Of a stretch of 64,000 bases of DNA, positions 49,819 to 64,000 are shown in pieces. Within the stretch, counting starts at the first letter, position 1; every line of letters begins with the position of its first letter. The notes beneath the pieces were generated by a model. The model was not told the origin of the DNA. It searched no databases and saw only the letters and a list, made by a program, of their open reading frames with translations. A program made the translations under genes and the position numbers. The DNA comes from Tubulanus polymorphus (lineage: Eukaryota; Animalia; Nemertea): contig NC_134026.1 in NCBI RefSeq assembly GCF_964204645.1, forward strand, positions 29,298,150-29,362,149. The letters run 5' to 3'.

Positions 49819-52800
49819 CTGACAAATATTATTTGCGGCCACTTCGGAAACATTTTAAGAGAAATAGGTTATCCTAATGTTCAAGGATTCGCAGCGCTTT
49901 AGAAGGCAACGCGGCAAAAACCGCTGAAATCATTTCGGAAATTCAAATACTTCTAAGCTCTTATGTCAGTATAGGTTTCCTTAGCCTGTGACTGGGACTG
50001 GGAAGTCGAATAATCTAAATGGTCAGCAATAGGTCCCAGACAGCAGTGCAGTTTTTACGGTTACATACAACCCGTAACTTGATTTTCTTGGCGAATTCAC
50101 CATCGTCAATCTTAATCAAATTGTTCCTTAAATCAGCGCCTAATCAATACAGGAATAGAAGGGTAATTGGATTTACCTAGTCATTCTCTAGATCCACTCA
50201 TTGGGTCGTCATTTAAGTGCGTCAACATTAACTCTGTCGTAATGAACATTTCGTTGATAGGTTTGCTAGAAACGTTTTTCTGATCGATGTGATTTTTGTA
50301 CTGATTGGCCTCTGTTTGCGCGATGAATATTTCATTTTTTCCAGCAGACAATCCGATAACCTAACTGTTGATCTGTTATCAAAGGATCGGAAAAGCCGGT
50401 CGCAGAGGAAACGAATGGAAACGATTCTTCAGCTGTATGTCGTGTCTGGTCGGCAACAAACACCTGAATTTCTGATACAGACGTCTATCGCCATTTGGTG
50501 GTTCGTATCTGAGCTGAAACGAGCGTAAATATTTACAGCTCGTGTTTCGCAAGTTTTGGCAAAAACCAGAACGAAGAATATAGAATGTACACAGTTTGCG
50601 GTACAGCATACAGTGTAAACATGTGTTTTCAGCGGTGGTGATTTTCGACGATGGTTGAGGATTAATGCAGTTTGAATAATTACACGTTTAGTCGTTGTAC
50701 TGTTTGATGGACGGGTCCTGTCATCCTCGTGACGTTATAGACCGGCGTACAGGGCCGTTGATGTCAAGGTCTATTGCCATTACGAGCAATAATCTGAACG
50801 TGTTGTTTTACTGATGAATCACGTGTTACTGTCGAATCCTTGTGAAGCCCGTGATATGACAGTTTCTGCTGCTATTTATCAATTTTCTTATGAAAACAAC
50901 GGCGCTGTTTTCGTTATATAAAATACCGCGATAACGCGTGCACAAGTGCTATATCAATCTCATCATTCAAATCGATGTTCTCTTATATAAGCCAGCAAAC
51001 CATTTATATCGTATTGTCATTAAGCGTATACGGTGATAATACCAGTGATAAATAACCCTGTAACAGGCGCGGTCACTTTTCTACTGGTCTGAGATTAACG
51101 AGTTATAAATAAGAGTTTACCTTGAAATGATTGACCCTTCTGATGAACTCCAGTCCAGAAATCAATTTCCACTGAAAGCTATACAAACTGGTGATGATAA
51201 CGACAATATCAATAAACTATCAATACGTATGGAATATTTTGCTTCAGTTTTCAGAATAAATCGAGTCATCGGGTTTCTTAGTTGCGAATATACTAAAATA
51301 GAGTTGGGTGCCGCGTCCAATAATTGACTGAATAACTAATGAAAAAGGAAGCGATCCCTGAGGAAATCAGGTGGTATAAAAGTGAAAAGCCACTTAATAA
51401 ACACGTGTAAAATTACTAGCCCAGGAAACACCAGTGCGCATATTATTTCAGAATGATTGATCGCAATGTTTCGACTAAAGTTTTCCCAGTGGACTCCGGC
51501 GCTGTCGATGCGTCCGCGATGAACAAATCAAGACTGCAGTGATTGTCTAAACCGGGTCGATTAGTCCCGGACTGAAGTTAATCGAAATACACTAATGTAC
51601 GCTATCAAATGGTGCATAAATACCGTAAAAAATTCTATGTTGAAATGGGGCTCGAAAACCTCGATAATTCTTATTATGCAACAAGTGTCATACGGGAATT
51701 CGATGCCATTGAATTTAGCCTCTTACTTTTATACATATATATCTTTTTTAATTGTCATTTCTTTTGTGTTCCACGGGTGTACATTATTAATGATTAAAAG
51801 AGGGCCTCGTCCGCGGTCGTCATCAGATTTCAAAACGACACGCAAAAACTCAAGTGTCGCCAACATGCATTATATATAAGAGAAAAGCTGTGCGGTTGTT
51901 TGAAACGAAAGGAAGGGATATAACTATATATAAAACACAATACATGTCTATATCTGTTTATATATGTACATATCTAAATTCATCGACGGTGATCCACACA
52001 AATCACGGAGCTAAAATTTGGCATTAGGCAACTTGTCTTTCTCATGCACTTAATATAATATGTGTAAGAATTGAAAAAAATGCCAGCGCACCGATATAGA
52101 AAAATCGGGTGCAGAGAAATTGGCAGCAGGAAATAGACTGAATGGGGAATACTTTATTGTTTAGCGGTAGTAATTCCATCGTTACAGGAAGTACGGTTAA
52201 TATTGAAGTACCATGTAGATTGAACCTCAGATCTTTAGAACAATGTCATACAATCGACCAACTGGCAACCGATCTGCAGTAAACGGTCAATGATCATTTT
52301 CACTTGTTGTATTTTTTTCTCAGTAGCGGCTTTGATGGCTAGATGCGTTAGTTTCCGGGTCGATAACACATGGATTCTTTGACAAGATCTCGAGCTCTCG
52401 GAGACGAACAGTCAAACGCAACTAAGCCATTTATTCCGGTTGAGCAAATCCGAATTCTCGCATCAGCAACAGAAAATCGTTTTGAAGTGTGATCCACTGG
52501 TTCGTGTGATCTTATTGAAATATCTTCGATATTCACGTAGTAAAATAGTTGAATGCACAAATACATTTATCATAACATATACGACAGAATCATTGTTTTT
52601 GTCCAGCGAATACACGAATTTTTTGTCATGATGTGACATTGGTTCGCGATGCAAAAAGTGTCGCGATAAGAATAATCAGTAGTTGCTGATTTCCATTCGT
52701 GGGTCTAGCAGCGGTGGGCCATTAAAACTTTTCTTTTCTGGCGATAAGCGCACTGCGCAGTTGTAGGCCTTCCTCGGGCATCAGCCAAATGATTGATGTT

Positions 52801-55800
52801 GACGAATATGCAGAACTATTGCTTAACCGATAGCGACGAACGCATTGGTCATCCATCCCATGGACGGTCATTCCTACGCGCTGTCCTCCGAGTCAGACCG
52901 AAATATATTGCTATGCAAAAAATCAAGAAATTATGAGGCGTTTGTAACTGTAGCTATATACGGCACCAAGAGGTAGGCCGTGGAATGTTTTGAAATTCTT
53001 GCTGGAAGCAAAAGTCTTATGGTGCGCTAAAAATTGCTTGTGGGTATTTGAATGATTTATGATTTAGTAAAACGTCGCTTATTAATAAGTAATTTATTCA
53101 GCCGCTGATTTTGTGTCTTGTAGCATTGATGCCGTAATGATACCGTTAATAGGCACTCGTATTTGCTAGATCTATAATCATGAATCCAATACGAGTCGGA
53201 TGTGCGGACGGCGCTTTTATCATCTTAATCACCATTCTATGGCTGCGGGTCCATCAATAAACGAGATATTATTACCCAAGATCTTGAGGGCTAGAAGCCA
53301 TAAAAAAGACATCCACTATAATCTTATCAACAAACATGTATTTTGTTTGCACAAACATCGAAACAGTGATCGCAAATTTCAGTTAGTATCTGTGAGTGAG
53401 ATGCAGAATTTTAGGGTTACTGGAAAACTTTGACCCTTCCTCTAGACAGTTAAATTAGATACATGCTTTACAACTTGTTAATTTGTCATTTATTGTACCG
53501 ATTTCTGGTATAAATTTATGTTTTGTTCCGATGAAACTCGGGTGTAGCATGAAGTCCACGTTTTGTTTTGGTTTATCAGGGGACTTCTCGCGGACGCGGA
53601 GAGTATCGTCGTCACTCGATATGTCAAGTGTGTTTACACTGGTTTGAGTACACGACATGTCTCTGAATCTTTGTAGCCGATGTTGGACGTAATGTTGCGT
53701 CGAATCATCGAAATAAGAAGTCGTTACTGCGTTACCGTTCATTGAACAAATACTAGATTGAATACATACTTCACGTCCTACGAACTGCCACTCGTAGGCG
53801 TTATGAGAGATTTTTGTACTCACTAATTTGAGCGTTCAAAAGGGCCATCGAGACAACCCTCTCGAGCGAATCTTACCGCGTTATCAGTAGCGATGTTGTG
53901 ATAGCAACAAGCCGGGTGAAGACAGTAAAGCATGAAGCCAGGTGGTTCTGGATGACGCAGCCGTCCATCGATAACAGCGTGACCTCGAAAAAACCTTTAT
54001 GTTTTACGATAAATCATGTAATTAGAAAAGCCATGCTTCGTTTGTCGTCATGGTACTACCAATGTCCTGCTTAGTGCATTTGCTGCAGGCTCTAAACGTT
54101 CAATATCCATTATCCCTTTCTTTTTTATCCTTTGATCGCGGAGAACCAGGCTTTTGTCGTTTTATCGCACGTTTTATCTCGCGATCTCATTACTTAATTA
54201 CCTTCGTCCAAGACTTACAAAACAATTACATTTTTCCGAGTAGAACATTGACTTTTGATATTAAAACGTCTGGCAAATATTGCCAAAGATCAAATCTTTG
54301 GCAATATTTTTAGATATTTGCGAACAAAATGAAACGAGTACCGAAAACCAGGGCACATTGAGGAAATCTTCAAGAGAAGTAACAGTTTTATTTAAATGGA
54401 AACTACACGATTTGATGTCAGTTTGTGGCATCCATTCGTATTGCTATACATCCAATTCAGCGCGATGCATGCCCATTAACAAAGTTCCGTTCTACAGCTT
54501 CACCCTGAGGTGGACACTTAGGCAAGTGACGTCATGACTTTATTGAAACAATACACATTAAGCTACCAATAAAGACTTCCTATCGAAGCCACATAAGCTT
54601 TTTTTCGGCGCTTTGGTTCTATCATAGACTCCATAGTTCTTTCCACGATACCAAATTCCAAACTTCTAATCAGTATCAATGAATTTGTTCTTCGAAGATC
54701 TCCGACAAGGTTGAAAACGCCCAAGCCGGACCAGCAGCGGAGTATGATAGTTTTAACAACTGTACATATTATCCAGATGATCCGGTTATTTTCTCGATCT
54801 TTGGATAGACAATATATTGTCAACGTCCATGATTGAAATAGTAGAAAGTTAGTTGAAGGTGGTTTATCGGCATACACGTGATCGACATCGGCGGAAATAT
54901 AAATTCCGGCCTCGACCATGACCGGAAATAACTTTCAGCTGATTACAGTCTATCGTCACTGTAGCCAAAATTTACACGAATATACAATATCAATTTCCCA
55001 TAGTATCGTTCAAAATACTACCTTAATTTATAAATTGGAAATTAGATTTCACAGAAAGTGAATCTATGTTATTAATTAGTTTCTAGTAAGCTGTCAGCGC
55101 TAATCAATTAACTATGCTCAAAATTCTCTTTCTTGGAAGACGATGTGTGACATCTATTTATGCGCCAAAATTAGATAAAACCCATTGTTCTGAATAATTA
55201 TTATTACATTCGAGTAAAATTACTAATTGGTAATGTCTAAGGTGATGTCAATACGACGTGTATTTACTCCGCCAACGACATGCATAAAACATTGATCTCC
55301 GTTAGACTTATAACTGGCATTATTTCCCAATCGCAGGATTTACTGAGCGACTGCCATTAAACTTTCAACAGTGCATTACGTACTTTTGATGTAATTCAAA
55401 TCATTAAATGAATCCATTTTATACATGAGACATCTGTAGTCGCTACGTCTTATTTCCGAATCTATAAACAGTGAATTATGTTTGTACTTGTCCCATTGGA
55501 CTGTTGTTTCTGTCTGGTGGAGAATATCTAGAGAAGCGCGAGTCTGCTAGTCAGTCGACTGTCTTAAAAAAATGTATTAATGTCCCTATAGGGAACGAAG
55601 TAATAAAACTCAAGTAACTCGATTTCAAACTCATTACTTGAATAATGAAAAATGTGACTTTGAAGAGAATGCGCGACGATGCTATAGACGCGCACGTCTG
55701 ACGCTTTGAGACATTATTTTTCTAACCCATATACGCGATCAAGAGTTAATTTGATGAGGATGTGGAATAAATCGACCAACCTAATCCATGTTCTAAAAGC

Positions 55801-58800
55801 ATTGGTTTGTTTTCAGCATTCGACTCATAATGGTTAATGTTATACTGGTTTTATGACTTTAGTGAGTGCTGTTGCTGCTAAATTCTGTCACTGGAAGCCG
55901 ACCCATTCACGGATACGTGGATACGACAACATAAATCAATGTCTCAACAAGAAAAAGGTGCAATTTGCTCACTGGATGAATGGTTGAATTTACCCTGGTT
56001 GAATCAAGCGAGAAGTTGCGCTCCATTAATGTAATAATACGGCCAGACATATAAGTGCCAGTTAGTCCTAGATTTGCGATATGACACAATTAAAAGTACG
56101 AGAAACTATTTTCAATAATCTCTGCGGACAATGCTGTAGATATATTTATATATCGTAGGTGTTCCTTGCCAATTCTTTGAAGCACAAAATTCATCAGCCT
56201 AAAATCAGGTGAATTATTTGCCGGATATGTGATCCATTTTAATATCAACATGTATTTCGATAACTATGAGAATATCTAAATCTATATTTGCCGTATTGAC
56301 GAGACAGGCAAAAGCGAGTCGATTGGGAAGCCTTATTACGACTAGAGATAGTTGTATCACGTTACATTTCTAATTGGTAAGATACTAGAGATGCGCCTCT
56401 ATCCCCCGTATCAAATCAGCCTCACGTCTTCCTGGTTATTAAAACTATCAGGCTTTAGACCAGCGGTCATACAGCGCAAGGAGAGTGAAAGAACAAAAAC
56501 CGATTTATTTCAGTTGTCGAGAAAACATCAACCAGGAAACATGTTCGTTCATAATCACCGTTCTGCGAGGAGAGTTCTGGTTCAGAATTACTGAATGATC
56601 AATGTGAGCTAAGGGAAATATACACTGAATTACATACATAATGGATATATTCATCGGATCTGTATATATGGACAATATTGATAATTATATCAGATCAATC
56701 GACAATAAATTATTGCTAAGGCTATAAACAGGTTCACACGGGTCACTCTTATCCATATGATTCTTTTACTTGAACTTCTGAACCTCTGGTCGTCATTTTG
56801 TGATCCGTCTTTCCGAGAGATCTGGCGCAAAGTTAGCCCGATTATTATATGGCTGCGTTGTGAAATTGGAAAGCATGTTTTTCAAAAATGAAAACGTAAT
56901 ATGATTCTACATTTGCTTATGAAAATCTAAATATATCCAAGACACCAGTCAATAAAAACTGCTTATGGTTGTCTTTTGTTGAGATGATAGTCTAGTAGAC
57001 AAACGATGACGTCACCAGCTCTATGAACTGCGTTTTAGTATTCTAGATCAGTTGTCGCGAAGCACCAGATCAGCTTTAATTCATGGCTTTCAGGAAAAGG
57101 TATTGAAAATTAACAGAGAAACTAATAGAGTATAAAGAGTCGCTCGAGTTAATTACGTAGGATCTGAAAATTTAATCAGCTAATGGCACGCATTGCAAAT
57201 GTCAATGGATATTTATCCGCTTTTTTTCTGAATATGCGAACCAGATGGATCTGTATTTTTTGTAATGCGAGCGTATCTGATTACTGTGAGGACGATCACA
57301 GTTTTCCTCCAAATTATTTGCCGTCCTTTCAGTACCATTGGTGTGAATATGAATAATCGAAGGCTGCATACATCCATTATACTATCACTGCATCTTCTTT
57401 GAATGAAGTTATTGCACGACACAAGAAATCAAAATTTCACATAAATTCCCACCTATCACCTATTCATATCCTAAGTAAATGTGTAGATACGTCAATACGG
57501 GAATGAATGAAGGTTGACAGAAATTTTATTGAAGACGGGCGCGGTGTGTGTGGGCTTACCGTTCATCCAAAACAGTCTTTATTTGCTCGACTTTCCCAAC
57601 AACCGGTACATTTTTTATAGTTGATGTATCGTTTGTGAATGCGTCGTTGGCGCGTGGGGGGCGGGGGTGGGGGAGTAATTCCCAAAAGCTAGATAAAAGC
57701 ACACGTAGAACGTTAAGAGTGATAGATGGATAACCAACATCGCGGACACCACGAAACACTATAACATTCCTCGTGATAATGTTTCTGTTTGAAATCAACG
57801 AATATCTCTCTCAATAGAAGTGGATGGTTTAAAGTCGCGTGTTATTCTATCCACACCTCTCAGTATTACGCGATGTGCCGTGTTGTACCCGAGTATCGAC
57901 AGCTACGTGTACGAACTGCTCCGTACTCTCGAGAAAAACGTTAAATTAAATAACAATTGAATGCAACAATTCAGCTTTATTTGATGAGCAATCATTAATC
58001 ATTGGTAAATATATCAGTTTTCATCAATACCATCATGGAAAAAATAAATCGCTTTTATATCAAACCACTCGTGCATAAGAATTGATTAATTCTCAATGTA
58101 GCCTATGGGCCTGTCTGCTGCATATTTTTGATTCGATGAATTAGAATTCACCTCTCTCTCTCTCTTTCTGTATTGATGATAATTACACGGCGACATCCGA
58201 ATGCTGACTCAGAGATGTTATGTTATAAAATCATCCGCATAGAATTAGCAGAATAACGATATTGATATGAAGGCAATTCGTATGACAGTGGGCGCTGAAA
58301 TTCAGTTGCGCTCGTCTGTACAGTGAATAGTGTACGAATTGACACTCGAATTGACTTTCACTGCACATTCGGTAAACATTGTCAGCAACTGAAGCGATAA
58401 CCACAAATTGTACGATACTCTTTCGGTTTTCGACGCAATCGCGCGTAAAATGAAGCCGCTAAAGTGAAACACGACGCTCCGCGGCGAATTCTTGATTTTA
58501 CGATACTTTTTCTTCTCTTGGAAACGATATAACACGTTTGAATCCGTACTACCCTGAAAGATTTAAAACGAAGCGTAATTAATTAATGAAAGTGCCGCGT
58601 TGCTCAAAGATTCTCAGTTTTACCGAGGTCATTTCGATACGAACATCAAAGTCGCACCGTCGTCGTCAACTGCAAGATTTATACTCTTTTCGAGATTCCA
58701 TTCTAACATCGCTCTGACGAAACAACATCAGCCGCCCGCGCATATCTACCGAGAACCTAAGAGGATACCACACAGCCCGATAGTAAACACAAACTATTTA

Positions 58801-59205
58801 CAAATTTTCTTATCCTAGATATCAATCGGTTGGTATGTTACGGGTATGAAATCATATCGTTTTGGTTTGTAGTTTGAAATATGTGATTTTATGCGCAAGT
58901 GAACGGAGTTGAATCTTTACGATAGCGTAATTTCTAAATGATTCCAACTGTGTAACATATTCACGGGGCGGGGGGGGGGGGCATTCTCAACCGGAACAGA
59001 CACATCTAAATCCTTGTATTTCGTGGTAGTCTATGATTTCGGAACAATATACTTAATGGCCATAATCTATCTATAATCCTTAAGTGTTGGATTTAGTCGG
59101 CTATGATACACAAACTTATTCAACACATTTACCCAGTAATGAGAAAGTACTGAGTGATGTTTGTTAACGCTGTGGTTCATCTGTAGTTATAGAATCCTAA
59201 ATAGT

Positions 59206-59557
59206 CAGGGGCGGATCCAGGGGGATGGGTAGACAGTATTGGAAGGAAATTTAAGGGCATCTTTCTGATCTTAGGGCACACCCAGTACCCAGGTCAATGC
59301 GAGTGCTGAAGGTGCGACGTCCTTCGAAGGGGGTATGGGGGCCCTCCCCAGAAAATTTTGAAAATATGGTACCATTTACAGGCTTTTAGAGGGCTTCTAG
59401 AGACTAGCAGAGCAATCCAGAACAAACGACCCGGACACGGAATTAGCGGTTGCTGAAATAATGCCTTTAAAAATATTGCCGGTGAAATTTCGAAGGGCAC
59501 TTAAAAATTCTAGACCGTATTGGGCAATACGGGTAATACGGTCTGGATCCGCCTCTG
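59206..59557. mobile_element. Non-autonomous DNA transposon (MITE) with 5-bp TSD
   Basis: TIRs CAGGGGCGGATCCAG and CTGGATCCGCCTCTG (14/15); direct repeat ATAGT at 59201-59205 and 59558-59562; internal GGGGGCCCTCCCCAGAAAATTTTG motif. Confidence 0.85.
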
Positions 59558-60162
59558 ATAGTGGTCCTCTAGCCTATATTTTACATAAAATCATTTGTGG
59601 ATGATGGAACATTAATCATACTCTGTATATTACACGTGCACAATCCGGTCAAATTGTACACACACTGATCTGAAGATGAGAACCGCGATCATTTCTACGC
59701 GCACGATTTCGAAGAGAAAATGTCTAAGATCACATTTTGTATCAATGTCACAGTGAATGAACGGGCGAATGTTTTAAAACAAACGCCTTTGGTACTTATC
59801 AAAGGCATTTTGAGTGAACTTTCTTATTTCATCAGACACGATGATATATAAGGTGATATATCAAACTGCCAGGAAAGAATCAAATTTATCTTTAAGAAAA
59901 TCTCTTTTGTTCTGATTTAAGACATGGTTAAGTACACCGACGACATGTTTTCTTATGAGCAAGGTTCGAATGTTATCGAAGTTTCCCATTTATAATTTGG
60001 TCAAGTGTCGAAAGACAAAGCGTCATAGTAGATTGTTTACGTCTCCATGCCCGAGTTGACGTCAGTACAACTATTCAGGTTTGTTCCAAACATGTAAAAG
60101 GGGATTAATCAGCAGAGTATATATAGTCAGTACCTGACAGTAGGATCGGACAGAGTTTCAAT

Positions 60163-61011
60163 ATGCATCAACACGAAATACCTTCAAACTTAACAGCATG
60201 TTTGAGTCGCATTCTAGGAGCAGATGATTTACCATTTACGATCAAGATTTCGGAGTCGGATGATGAAATTAAGTTTCAAATAACGTGGTGTAAATCAGTA
60301 CCGAATAAAACTCTGGTGTATAATGATAACGACGAAAACATAGCTCCTTCAACTGGCGGTGAAAACGGTTTGCAAGTTCCTCGGCTCCACGTCAATTCAT
60401 CGTGTGTTCAACGCGTTACCGAATCTACACATATCGACAATACTAACCATTCATCAAATCAAGAAGGAACTTTTTTAAAGAAATCGCGAGTTGAAAGTGA
60501 TCGCGTGCGAGACTGTAGTCAATCAGAAAAAATAATTACTGATTCCGAGGATGATAATAGCGTAGAGTCTACTAACTCTGATACTAGTTCGCAATTTATT
60601 GAGTTTTCGTGCAGCGCCAGCGAAGAAAGTAATCAGATAGTTTCAGAAACTTTTAATGATGCAACGAATGAACCTGATGAAAATACAAATGATAATTCGC
60701 GAGTTTCAAATGACATTTCGTTCGTAAATCGAAAAGAAAGTTCGGAAAATTCGACAGTTATTTCACAAGTAGAGACGGATTTGCGACCAATGGATAATCA
60801 TTTATGCAAAACAAGTTGTGATGTGGAAGCAAGCGGGAATGGTAGGAATTCTGATCATATTAGATCGGTAAAACATAAGACATTGAATCCCGAGAGCAAC
60901 AATAAGAAAAACGGACGTACAATGACCGAGGTTTATTGGGCTCAACGTGGCTTCGTGATAGAAAAACGTTTTTTTCAACAACATATTAAAGACACATTTT
61001 CTATTATCTAG
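60163..61011 (+). CDS. Uncharacterised 282-aa single-exon ORF with a small folded-looking N-terminus and an S/N/D/E-rich disordered region
   Basis: An 849-nt ORF in AT-rich DNA, with TATATATA at about 60118-60125 and AATAAA at 61045-61050. Confidence 0.55.
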   Translation: MHQHEIPSNLTACLSRILGADDLPFTIKISESDDEIKFQITWCKSVPNKTLVYNDNDENIAPSTGGENGLQVPRLHVNSSCVQRVTESTHIDNTNHSSNQEGTFLKKSRVESDRVRDCSQSEKIITDSEDDNSVESTNSDTSSQFIEFSCSASEESNQIVSETFNDATNEPDENTNDNSRVSNDISFVNRKESSENSTVISQVETDLRPMDNHLCKTSCDVEASGNGRNSDHIRSVKHKTLNPESNNKKNGRTMTEVYWAQRGFVIEKRFFQQHIKDTFSII

Positions 61012-64000
61012 TATTATACTGTATATTGTTAGTTATCAAAGCATAATAAAATCGTATGTCGTATAACATAAGCCTCAGAATTTCGAATGAAGCAACTGCG
61101 GAAATGGGTTCTTGATTTGTTTGAAATTTCGACTAAGCATATATACATTATATATGGATCAGACGATGAATTTCTAGTCGGCAAAGAGCTATATATGAAC
61201 AAGACTAGTTATGATTGAACAGTTTGCAATAACATATCCACTACAAATAAAGATTATACGTACGTATCATGGTCCGGACGTTATCGCCTAAAGCGATAGA
61301 TGAACTTCGATATGGCAGCGATATGGAGCTCCTGAGCCACTAATCGATATATTTCCCGAAATGACCTGAAAATACCCTGTGGCCTTGCTTAGTTTCAAAC
61401 CGCAATTATTCATTCGAATAACAGGATCTTTGCAATATGTTCATCACAAAAGGACCGAGAAATCTATCAAACACAATTGAAATGACATGAACCAATTGTC
61501 CTTGTTTGTAGCTTCGAGTCAATATCTGAGACATTCATCACCCGTTCTCACCGCCAGAATCGAAAAACTCACGTCTGCACTCTGTAAAATGAAATTTATG
61601 ACAGAATTCCGACAGTTAATTGCCAGTTACACGGGTTTGTTTATCAGCTCATCAGCTAGGCGGAAAAAAACGTAGAATTAATATTTCTTCATCCAATCAC
61701 ATCAATCTTCCTTAGACCAGATTAAATCTATAAGTGATAAAGTGTAGCACAGCCTCACGTAGAGGAAACTATCGAAAACTAAGCTACCAAGACGATTTAC
61801 TCATTGTTTCGCGTTATTGGAAATAAATCCCCAAATATTATTTCGCGAAGAACTGTGTATAAATTTCTCTTCCTCGATTCGATCAATCATACTCGTTGAG
61901 TGAGCGATGAATTTTACTTTCTATTCGCTTTTTATTGAACAAAAAACAAATTTTTCAAGACTCGATACTGGCAACATAACCGCCTCCTTCCTCTAGCACA
62001 TTTCGTAGACATTAAGTGCATCAATCCCATACTCAATAAGGGAAAAAGCTGAGAATTCAAATGCTCCACACTGATTATCTTTGTTCGCATTTGAAACTAT
62101 GCATTTCATTCAAATATTTTTTGCTTCTTTGAGTTTCATTACATAGCGAAACGAATGACTTTGATCTTTGCTGTTACTTACTGATACGGGAAATATTGGA
62201 CCACTTTAACGCTACAGCTAACTACACGTGATGTCATTACTTCGCGGGTAATTCAATTATAGCCGGCCTTGCGTAACACACAACTGACTGCGGACGAGTT
62301 GAGGCAGAGGATGATCGCGGGGAGGATCAGTGTGAGACACGTAACTACTGTACGAGCATTCCTTAACGAACCACTACATGACAAAGACTATCATTAGTAA
62401 ACAATCACACAAATACCGCCAGGACACCCACTCATAGCGGCTTGGTTGTGAATAGCATCATCCGTACGAGATGGTTTCATACGCATTACATTACCAAGAT
62501 CAACCAGAATTAGTTACAGAAATAGCCTTCGAACGTTATACACTGCTCAAATATCGAGATTAATCGCCTTTCGTAGATACATATAACTTGCGCTTATCAC
62601 ATGCATGTTGAACGAACATTTTCTTTATTTCAGTAAATACATCCCGTCGCGTAGTTCCATATATCATTACTCCTCAGCGAAAAGTAAACAGAACGCGATG
62701 GATCATTAATTCTTCTGGATTCAGTCTGCGGCAAAACAAAATCATTTCATTCTAGTGTTTGAGAATATGTGATATGAAAACAATTATCGCCTGTTTTAAC
62801 GAATAAACTAGATTCATATTCTGTTGAATCAACAAGTGTGATGTGTATATATATTTAGAATTCAATGGAAAAATAAATCGATGGATAATTCCTAAATTTA
62901 CATGTCACGAGAGTTTATATCAGCATTAATTGTCACTAGACACTTTCTAACGGTAAACATTTTACGGCATTTGAGCATTGATTGAATTGTTGATCGAACA
63001 ATTCCTCATTAAACTCGTTGACGTGTCACAAAAATCACTGCTTAGATAATGGATTATGGATTATTTACTGCATTGAAGCGTGTATACATACCATTCAATA
63101 ATAACAGCAGCAGCTGCAAAAGTAGAAACAATCGTTGAAAATTGTAATTGCTTTGGAATCAATCAGATATCATGTTTCATTTATAACATTTTTCATCTAA
63201 ATACTAAAACACCAGATGTTTCTCACATGCTGCTGTTAGTCATGTATACCTAATTTGAACTATGTATGGCGGGATTCTACGGAAACGTGCTTGGGACACA
63301 ATCATTTTTTTTTCTTAAAATTTCTTGCCGATTGAAGAAAAAACAACAGATTCAATTAGAAATTTTTAATTAATTTTCATTATATTTCAATTGGTAAAAA
63401 GATAAGAAAATAATGATGTCCACGGAACACTTACATAGGATTGACGTGATTGCACTTTGAGCTGGGAGATTGATTCCACAGGTGAGATGACGATGTTTGC
63501 ATTGCGGCCGCCAGATTCGATCTCGGTCCTCGGTCTCAGAGGTGACCAAATCAGCTTCGGGTAGGGATGATTATTCTGTCTTCACAGCTTGTACTTACTG
63601 TAACGTCAGACTGACATTGAACGAGGCTCATTCATTTGATTTGCTTGGGAAAAATGTTGTAAGATAACCGAGTAGAACCGACCAATTCGTTACAGTTTCT
63701 TTTGTTCAGCCGTTATGATAATAATAATAATGATTACAATGAAAATCTATTTCTCTAAAATTGATATCAACTAAACAATCTTAGTATCGTAAATTTATGG
63801 GGAAATTTCCAATTGAGAACATTCCTGGATGTTAAACATAAAGTAACAATCTAAACTGTATATTCACTTAAGGTTGGATAATCTAAAAAACATTCACAAT
63901 CTGTAATTTTTTAGTACAGAATTGATTGTGTAATCAATGCAAAAGATCAAGCGACTGGACTGATGCTAGGATTGAAAATTAAATTAGATTCATGTCATAT

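Noticed and set aside
52829-52886. Possible miRNA hairpin containing TGGACGG (miR-184 seed)
   Set aside because: The remainder does not match miR-184 and the stem pairing is weak.

Overview
AT-rich, intron-containing genomic DNA from an invertebrate animal. A lophotrochozoan-like compact genome with short introns and TTTCAG acceptors is my inference; the species cannot be determined from the sequence. The first ~44 kb is gene-dense: the first coding exon of a CPEB2/3/4 (Orb2-class) gene running off the left edge, an NWD-type NACHT-WD40 gene ending in a CaaX box, an equilibrative nucleoside transporter, FBXW9, PUS1, a C6orf163 homolog, TMEM120, NCLX/SLC8B1 and an uncharacterised coiled-coil gene. 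The most notable feature is a family of four two-exon genes for small secreted acidic peptides with an invariant 8-Cys framework (CxxxC four times). Three copies lie in tandem at 32.6-36.0 kb and one is nested antisense in a PUS1 intron. The window also has three minor-spliceosome (U12) introns, one GC-AG intron and several MITEs with identifiable TSDs, one carrying a tRNA-like core and a fold-back duplication. The last 20 kb is gene-poor, with orphan exon candidates and one 282-aa single-exon ORF. Exon boundaries were read by eye and no database searches were run; protein family calls rest on recalled sequences and motifs.
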